Shown here: positions 57,659-64,000 of the stretch, in pieces | Numbering within the stretch: position 1 is the first letter of the stretch | Layout: every line of letters begins with the position of its first letter | NCBI GenBank assembly: GCA_963662285.2 | Contig: CAXXMV010000001.1 | Span: 1,152,001-1,216,000 of the forward strand | DNA length: 64,000 nt | DNA from: a bacterium | Lineage (GTDB): Bacteria > Hinthialibacterota > Hinthialibacteria > Hinthialibacterales > Hinthialibacteraceae | Direction: 5' to 3' | Translations under genes and position numbers: made by a program | The notes under the pieces: model-generated | What the model was told of the DNA's origin: nothing | What the model saw: only the letters and a program-made list of their open reading frames with translations | Databases searched by the model: none

Positions 57659-59407
57659 ATGATACGCACTATTATTAATTATGCATTATTTACTTTGGTC
57701 GCAGGGCTGCTTCTCCCGTCACTTTCATCAGCCGACAAGAACCAGCATATCTTCAAAGCGATGGGCGCTCCGGCGGAACGTAAAGTTGATGCGTCGTGGA
57801 ACAGGTTCAACGATACCAAAGGCATCGAGGATATCCTAAGAAAATTAAACCGCGCCTATCCTGAACTCACCAAACTATATTCCATCGGTCAGTCGCATGA
57901 GGGGCGTGATATCTGGTGCCTCGAAGTAACCAACCGCAAAAACGGCCATCCCGCCCGCAAACCGGGCATGTATATCGACGGCAATATCCACGGCAACGAA
58001 GTGCAAGCCGGAGAAGTGGTCGCATACACCGCATGGTATTTATGCGAATCCTATGACGAAAACGAAACCGTAGCAGATCTGCTCGATACATTCGTCTTCT
58101 ATCTGATACCCACTATCAATCCCGATGGACGCGATCATTGGTTCTATAAAGCCAATACAGCTCATTCATCACGAACCGGAAAAGTTCCCGTCGATAACGA
58201 CCGTGATGGTTTAGTCGATGAAGATGATACCGACGACCTGGATGGCAACGGCAGCATTACCCTGATGCGCATCAAGGATTCCAATGGAAGGATGAAAAAA
58301 CACCCTGATTATCCTGAAACCCTGATGGTTGGCGTCAAAAATGACGAACGCGGCGAATACACCATTCTAGGCTGGGAAGGCATCGACAACGATGGTGATG
58401 GCCGCATCAACGAGGACGGCGCCGGAGGTTACGACTCTAACCGCAACTGGGGCTTCGATTGGCAGCCCGAATATGTCCAGGGCGGCGCCATTGACTATCC
58501 CTTCTCCTTACCCAATACCCGCGCCGTAGCGGAATTCGTCCTGGCTCATCCCAATATCGCAGCCATGCAATCCTACCATAACGCAGGCGGCATGATCCTG
58601 CACGGACCGGGACGCGAAGGCGGCGACATGGAATCCGCCGACGAGCGCGTTCTGAATACCATTGCCCAACGTGGAGAACAGATGCTGCCTTTCTACCGCA
58701 ACCTGGTATGCTGGAAAGACCTTTATTCCGTCTGGGGCGGCGAGTTCGACTGGTTCTATGGAGCGCGGGGCATCCTGTCCTACACCAACGAACTATGGAC
58801 GCCGAAGAACATGTTCCGCAACGACCAAACCAGCCAGGAAGCCCAAGCTGATTTTGATAAATATCTGCTCTTAAACGAGGCCGCTGTTGAATGGAAAGAA
58901 TACGATCACCCCACATACGGTAAAATCGAAATCGGTGGACAACGCAAGGAGTTCGGACGGGTCCCGCCATCATTCCTCCTGGAGGAAGAATGTCACCGCA
59001 ACATGGCCTTCACCCTCTATCACGCATCCTGTATGCCCCGCATCTCCTTCGGCGAATTATCAGTCGAAAAAATCGGGACAGACCTGTTTAAGATATGGAT
59101 CGAAGTATGCAACGACAGCCTCATGCCAACCCGTACCCAACACGAAGCCAAAAATGAAATATCAACGCCTGATATCATTTCACTTCAAGGCAAGAACATA
59201 AAAGTAATCAGTTCCGGTTACATAGAAGACCGCCATTTCAAGAAAGTACAACCCATCCATATCCGCCCCCAACGGGTAATGGTTCAATTGGTTCCCGGAA
59301 TGAGTTCCACTAGAATCCAGTTTATAGCCCAGGGAAAAGGCAAAGCCAAAATCACCTTCGATTCCATCAAAGGTGGTGTAATAGAGAAAGAGATAACCCT
59401 GAAATAA
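57659..59407 (+). CDS. M14 zinc carboxypeptidase
   Basis: DGNIHGNE, NPDG, NRNW, SYHN and TNELW motifs; signal peptide; DxDxDG repeats. Confidence 0.9.
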   Translation: MIRTIINYALFTLVAGLLLPSLSSADKNQHIFKAMGAPAERKVDASWNRFNDTKGIEDILRKLNRAYPELTKLYSIGQSHEGRDIWCLEVTNRKNGHPARKPGMYIDGNIHGNEVQAGEVVAYTAWYLCESYDENETVADLLDTFVFYLIPTINPDGRDHWFYKANTAHSSRTGKVPVDNDRDGLVDEDDTDDLDGNGSITLMRIKDSNGRMKKHPDYPETLMVGVKNDERGEYTILGWEGIDNDGDGRINEDGAGGYDSNRNWGFDWQPEYVQGGAIDYPFSLPNTRAVAEFVLAHPNIAAMQSYHNAGGMILHGPGREGGDMESADERVLNTIAQRGEQMLPFYRNLVCWKDLYSVWGGEFDWFYGARGILSYTNELWTPKNMFRNDQTSQEAQADFDKYLLLNEAAVEWKEYDHPTYGKIEIGGQRKEFGRVPPSFLLEEECHRNMAFTLYHASCMPRISFGELSVEKIGTDLFKIWIEVCNDSLMPTRTQHEAKNEISTPDIISLQGKNIKVISSGYIEDRHFKKVQPIHIRPQRVMVQLVPGMSSTRIQFIAQGKGKAKITFDSIKGGVIEKEITLK

Positions 59408-59443
59408 GCAATATAGCTTAATGAATTAATTCCGTATTAATCA

Positions 59444-59472
59444 AAGGAGCTGAGAGTCTATCTCAGCTCCTT
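59444..59472 (+). terminator. Intrinsic terminator
   Basis: aaggagctgaga-gtcta-tctcagctcctt. Confidence 0.75.
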
Positions 59473-59492
59473 GTTTGTATTAGAACCACCAT

Positions 59493-59520
59493 GTAGGGAG
59501 CGCCCCTCGTGAGCGCCCGT
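59493..59520. repeat. GTAG-type REP
   Basis: GTAG-ggagcgcccctcgtgagcgccc. Confidence 0.55.
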
Positions 59521-59612
59521 AATTTCCAGGACTTCAGTCATAATCTCATTCCCGCATCAGGCGCATCCAGATTCATACAAAAAACGAACTGCCTAAACAA
59601 AAGTTCACTAAT

Positions 59613-59627
59613 TGGCACGCTTCTTGC
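59613..59627 (+). promoter_or_regulatory. Sigma-54 (-24/-12) promoter
   Basis: TGGCACG-CTTC-TTGC matches the TGGCACG-N4-TTGC consensus, 50 nt upstream of ATG 59678. Confidence 0.7.
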
Positions 59628-59677
59628 CATATAACGTTTCCGGAATCAAATAAACTCAACACCCCAGGAGGCTTAAA

Positions 59678-60046
59678 ATGGTTATGGCAACCGTACTACC
59701 AAACGAGTTCGATAAAACAATCCTTGATACTCTCGAACACTGCATTATTAAAATGTCGGAAAAACTCAAAAAAATATTCGACCCGGATAAGCCTGAATCA
59801 CAATCATTATTCCGCGTGTTCTGTTCAGCGATCAATACGCGCTCCAGAATAGTTCATAAAATTGTGAAATCGATTGATAAAGCCAAAATAGAAGTTCAAA
59901 TAATGGAAAAAGCCAAAACGCTGGTTAATGACCAGCTATCCAGATTAGAAAATACGCCAGCCGGAACAGCTAATGCTTGTTCCATCCCTCAAAAGACAAA
60001 AAAGGGAGGTGGAACGTCGTTCTGGCGCAACAGGAAACTGGCCTGA
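59678..60046 (+). CDS. Hypothetical helical protein
   Basis: RBS aggagg and upstream sigma-54 promoter; 122 aa with no recognised motif. Confidence 0.6.
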   Translation: MVMATVLPNEFDKTILDTLEHCIIKMSEKLKKIFDPDKPESQSLFRVFCSAINTRSRIVHKIVKSIDKAKIEVQIMEKAKTLVNDQLSRLENTPAGTANACSIPQKTKKGGGTSFWRNRKLA

Positions 60047-60076
60047 ACCAGGCGGCGTTAAAAAATAAGGGTGCTT

Positions 60077-60712
60077 TTATAGTTCCTTGATTCGGATATC
60101 TCTGAATCGAATCACGGCGCGGTCATCATGGTTTTGCAGACCTAGATAACCTTGCAGCCTACGGTCACCGGTATGCTCAACAACCTTTTCGCCATTGATT
60201 ATCATGGTGATTAAATGCCCCTGCGCCCGGATTACGGCATGATTCCATTCTCCAGCGGGCTTCAGCACGTTTTTGCTAAGTCCTACAACATCATATATGC
60301 CCGAATTATGCTTATTTACATCTTTGCCATAGCAATCGTAAATCTGCATTTCATATCCGGTGAATGAGGGATTCTTTTCCGCCGCCGAACGGAAATGGAC
60401 GCCGCTGTTACTGTTTTTGCTTATGGCGTAATCCAGTTGTAGTTCAAAGTCGTCATACATTTTCTTGGAACGCAGCCAGGAACCGCAGGTTTCTGGATTG
60501 GTCGTCCAGTTACGGCCATTTCGGCCAACCAATACGCCGTTTTCAATAGTCCATTCGCCGCCTTCAACCATATCCCACTGATCAATATCATTTCCATCAA
60601 ACAGCGTAACCCATTCATTGCTGCAACGTTGCGAGTTGCACTGGCATCCACTCAAAACCACGCCAACCATAATGCCAACAATGATAATTCCCAAAGGAAA
60701 TCTCTTCTTCAC
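60077..60712 (-). CDS. DUF1080 (3-keto-disaccharide hydrolase) lipoprotein
   Basis: LSGC lipobox; WVTLFDG, NSGVHFR, YEMQI, GEWN and LGLQNH..IRFRDI motifs. Confidence 0.88.
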   Translation of the reverse strand: MKKRFPLGIIIVGIMVGVVLSGCQCNSQRCSNEWVTLFDGNDIDQWDMVEGGEWTIENGVLVGRNGRNWTTNPETCGSWLRSKKMYDDFELQLDYAISKNSNSGVHFRSAAEKNPSFTGYEMQIYDCYGKDVNKHNSGIYDVVGLSKNVLKPAGEWNHAVIRAQGHLITMIINGEKVVEHTGDRRLQGYLGLQNHDDRAVIRFRDIRIKEL

Positions 60713-60788
60713 AATATTTTCTCCTAATACGTATTGGTTAATTTAACATCCAAGTATACGAATAAAATTGGTTCTCATATATTGCTAC

Positions 60789-60874
60789 ACCTGAAAACGG
60801 GTTATCTCTTTAAAAAAACAGATAATTTTCCATAATTTTGAGACAAAAGTGTAAACTATGCGCCCGGTCATTCA
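60789..60874 (+). mobile_element. Isolated right end of the IS481-family element
   Basis: Near-identical to 4305-4416 but with one terminal box lost; followed by CAAG + agggggttgttttcaa as at 4417. Confidence 0.85.
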
Positions 60875-60878
60875 CAAG

Positions 60879-60955
60879 AGGGGGTTGTTTTCAATAACCT
60901 AAGGTTTTTCACTTGGCGTTATAAACATAATTTAATAGTGGTTTTTAGTCTTATA
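60879..60955. mobile_element. Right half of MITE family B
   Basis: Aligns with 32195-32272 (agggggttgtt...ttata..cataat...ttttag..ttat). Confidence 0.6.
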
Positions 60956-61188
60956 GGTGGATTCAATCAAGAGTAAAAAATACAATGCCCTTGACGCCCA
61001 CCCCGTCCATCCTTGCCGCCTGTCTAGGGACAAATCCAAGCGCTATTCTTGAGATATAAACTCTACAATTTTTCATTAAATGACTACCAAGACACAGAGA
61101 TTATGGTATCTTGGGTGTTGATAATAACTTAAATTTAATGCGAGTTTGATTTCGTATACAATGACATAGAAAACGGAGTTAATTCACC

Positions 61189-64000
61189 ATGAACATCTCA
61201 AGAGTTGTTTTTCTTATTCTTCTTACCACCAATATTTTTTTTACGGCGCATTCAATATCTGCAATGGAGACGTTTCAAACACTTGCTAAACCGCAGCCAT
61301 CAAACGAGGTGGTTGGAGATCGGCCTTATGAGATGGTAAGAGCCAATCGAACTCCTCTACGAAAGCCACTTATTAATTTTGATTCCCTGACTGGTTGGAC
61401 GTTGCAAGGCATAAATGGCGCCGTTGGCGACCTTTTTGAATCCCAGCGTCAACGAGTGTGGGATTCACCTGTCGCCAGATTGATTTACCGTGGGGAATCC
61501 AAAGAAAGTGAAATTACTATTCGCCCTCCAAAACCTATTCCTATTCCACAATCCGTTAACGCTCTCACCTTGTGGATGTATGGAAACAATTGGGGTTGGG
61601 TTCCCGATCCCACCACCCCCCGTGTTGATGTGTTTCTTCTGTTTCAAGACAGGAATGGGGAAAAAGAACCTTTGAATATTACTAACGTCAGGTGGAAAGA
61701 GTGGTGGCTGATTCATAAAATTCTTCCTGCTTCACTTTTGGATATAGACTCTTTGTCATTCGTCGGCATCCAAATTCGTGGTTGCGCGAATAAAGAAGAT
61801 CGTGAACTTTATTTTGAAGACTTGGTTTTTTTTCAGGAATCCCTGGAACCGTTGACTTTTCAATCCCGCCCCAAGCGAAATATCAAACCGTTCCCCGGTC
61901 AGTCCCATGGAGCAAACACCGGGCCAGGGACATTGCCTTTTCCAACACGCGAAGAAACCATTTTGCCGGAAAATTATGAGAAGGATTTCCGGACAGAATT
62001 AAAAATCGAAAACAATCGATACATCTTTCGGTATAAAGACAGCAACGCAGTTCTTGAGTATATTCTTGATGCTGACAAAACCTTCTTTAGTGGAATTGAA
62101 GTTTGTTTGAATGGTAAACAAGCAGCCATAGTATGGAATGATGGCGGCCCGAAATTCGAGAAGGAATTAAGAGATATTCGTTTGCTTCGAGTCGATAAAT
62201 TGGAGCAGAATGTAATCAAAGGCATCTGGAAAGGAATTGTGAAGGATAGTGAAGTTCAGATCGAAATGACAGCCCGTCTCTGGCAAAAGTCATTGGTGCT
62301 GGATGTTTTATGTCCGGGTGGAAAAGCAACTGAGTTTTCCTATGGATATATAACCAACATAAATCAACCTGAATTACTGGCGCAGCCCTTTCTGAATTAT
62401 GGTGGACATCATCTTAATGTTCTCATGTCGAAGAGCGAAAATCCTTTCTTTGCTTCTATCTGGATGGATTGGTATCGATCGAATGCTTCCAAACCCTATG
62501 CGCTTGACCAAATCAAAGATAACCGAATTTTTCTAAATGGCGGAGTCCGATATCTTCCCAAAACGGATGGCGCCCGGAACGATCTTTTTGAACGCGTTTT
62601 CATAACCTTTTCACCTAAATTTGAAGAAACGCTTCTTACTATCCCCAATCCTCCCGCCAAGCGGGGCAAGGAAGCGGCAACCCGATTGTGGCAGGAAAGT
62701 TGGGGACCGGCGGATTACGCAATAGAACATAAACGCAGCAAAAAGTTGCGCGCCTATGGCATCAAAATGTTGACCCAATGCAACCATGAAATCACCTGGA
62801 GGGATTCGGGAGAAAGTTTCACCTTCCGGACATACTCAGCTCCCGGAAAAGGTGGAGATGAAGCATTAAAACAATATGTGGCTAATCAGCGGTCGCTTGG
62901 ATGGCGCTCAGGGCTTTATACGAATTATTGCGACTTTACTCCCACGAACGAACATTGGGATATCGATATGGTGATGCGTAATCCGGATGGCAACCTAGTT
63001 ACCGCCTGGCCGCGGTGTTATTCTCCGAAAGCGCTATACGCTGTGGAAAAAGACCGTGAACTTGCTCCACTCATTCAAAAAAAGTTCAACACAAACGCCG
63101 CTTACACGGATGTGCACACGTCGGTATCTCCCTGGGATCGTTGCGACTTCGATGCGCGAGCGCCTGGAGCGGGAACCTTCGCCGCAACTTTTTACGCTTA
63201 TGGCGAGCTCTTGTTGCACGATCAAGATGTTTATGATGGTCATTGCTGGTCGGAAGGTAATCATCAGTGGCTTTCAGCCGGTTTATGCACCGGCAATTAC
63301 GGATTGACCTATAGCAACATGCGTCTTTGGAAAGAGCCGTATTTACCCCATTTTGATTTACTTAAAATGCATCCTCTGAGCGTGGACATGGGAGTTCCTT
63401 GGACGGCGCGTTTCTTTGAAGGTAAGGAAGGGTGGAATTCCAATGAGAATATCGTGCAAAGCATCGATCAATTCATCGCGGCTACGATTGCTTACGGCCA
63501 TATTGGTTGGTTAGTTGAGGAAGCTTGCGGGATACGGCAAACTTGCCGTTCTTATTATATGCTGCAACAACTCCAAAGCCGTTACGCGATGGAAAAACCT
63601 GTAATCATTCAATATGGAACCAATGAAGGATTGCTCAATTCATCCAAAGCGCTGTTAACGGGAGCATGGAAACAGAATTGGTTTTATATTCAATACGAAA
63701 ATGGAGTTGCGATTTGGATAAATGGTAATCCAAATGAAACATGGACTATTGAACGAAACGGTGAAATATACCAAATTCCTTCTTACGGGTGGATGGCTGT
63801 TCAAGGAAAAGACTTTTTCACTGGATCATTATTGAAAAATAATGAACGTTTCGATTTGGTCAGTTCTCCTGAATATGTATTTCTTGATGGGCGTGGAACA
63901 TATCGAGAATGCGATGGGATCGGCGCGGAAGGATCGGTTGCGGTCATCTGGCCGGAATCAAAAGAAGGGCTTTCGATTATCTCTGTTGAGGGAGTGAAAA
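61189..64000 (+). CDS. Large secreted protein, possible DUF5696/GH129-like glycoside hydrolase (3'-partial; absent from ORF track)
   Basis: ATG 61189 after ggag. MNISRVVFLILLTTNIFFTAHSISA signal, then ...GLYTNYCDF...AYTDVHT...WSEG...; I found no stop before the window end. Confidence 0.7.
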   Translation, partial: MNISRVVFLILLTTNIFFTAHSISAMETFQTLAKPQPSNEVVGDRPYEMVRANRTPLRKPLINFDSLTGWTLQGINGAVGDLFESQRQRVWDSPVARLIYRGESKESEITIRPPKPIPIPQSVNALTLWMYGNNWGWVPDPTTPRVDVFLLFQDRNGEKEPLNITNVRWKEWWLIHKILPASLLDIDSLSFVGIQIRGCANKEDRELYFEDLVFFQESLEPLTFQSRPKRNIKPFPGQSHGANTGPGTLPFPTREETILPENYEKDFRTELKIENNRYIFRYKDSNAVLEYILDADKTFFSGIEVCLNGKQAAIVWNDGGPKFEKELRDIRLLRVDKLEQNVIKGIWKGIVKDSEVQIEMTARLWQKSLVLDVLCPGGKATEFSYGYITNINQPELLAQPFLNYGGHHLNVLMSKSENPFFASIWMDWYRSNASKPYALDQIKDNRIFLNGGVRYLPKTDGARNDLFERVFITFSPKFEETLLTIPNPPAKRGKEAATRLWQESWGPADYAIEHKRSKKLRAYGIKMLTQCNHEITWRDSGESFTFRTYSAPGKGGDEALKQYVANQRSLGWRSGLYTNYCDFTPTNEHWDIDMVMRNPDGNLVTAWPRCYSPKALYAVEKDRELAPLIQKKFNTNAAYTDVHTSVSPWDRCDFDARAPGAGTFAATFYAYGELLLHDQDVYDGHCWSEGNHQWLSAGLCTGNYGLTYSNMRLWKEPYLPHFDLLKMHPLSVDMGVPWTARFFEGKEGWNSNENIVQSIDQFIAATIAYGHIGWLVEEACGIRQTCRSYYMLQQLQSRYAMEKPVIIQYGTNEGLLNSSKALLTGAWKQNWFYIQYENGVAIWINGNPNETWTIERNGEIYQIPSYGWMAVQGKDFFTGSLLKNNERFDLVSSPEYVFLDGRGTYRECDGIGAEGSVAVIWPESKEGLSIISVEGVK

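Overview
Bacterial chromosomal window rich in secreted carbohydrate-active and sulfatase-type proteins, with scattered housekeeping genes (trpC, trpD, class II DAHP synthase, ilvA, accD, tatA, msrB). The gene style (PQQ beta-propellers, FGE-sulfatase domains, DUF1080, GspG-like pilins ending YDxTxG-x2-SxGDI) recalls, from memory only, Sumerlaeota/Hinthialibacterota(OLB16)-like or Planctomycetes-like lineages. I saw no rRNA, tRNA or CRISPR array. Three observations stand out. (1) Three signal-peptide proteins end in the same non-membrane C-terminal peptide [VI]-x-[DE]-W-[ST]-L-Y-stop, a candidate undescribed sorting or surface-anchoring signal, in a window that also carries three GT-C-like membrane proteins and a TagA-WcaJ fusion. 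(2) An IS481-family element (2599-4416, CAAG target duplication, premature TAG) has a ~500-nt non-coding 3' region with a strongly structured core. It sits inside a REP-bearing MITE at the same nucleotide as a second IS-end remnant at ~60.8 kb, and the empty site is visible at ~32.19 kb. (3) There are at least three MITE families plus REP palindromes. The window starts and ends inside large ORFs; the last ORF (61189..>64000) is missing from the supplied track.
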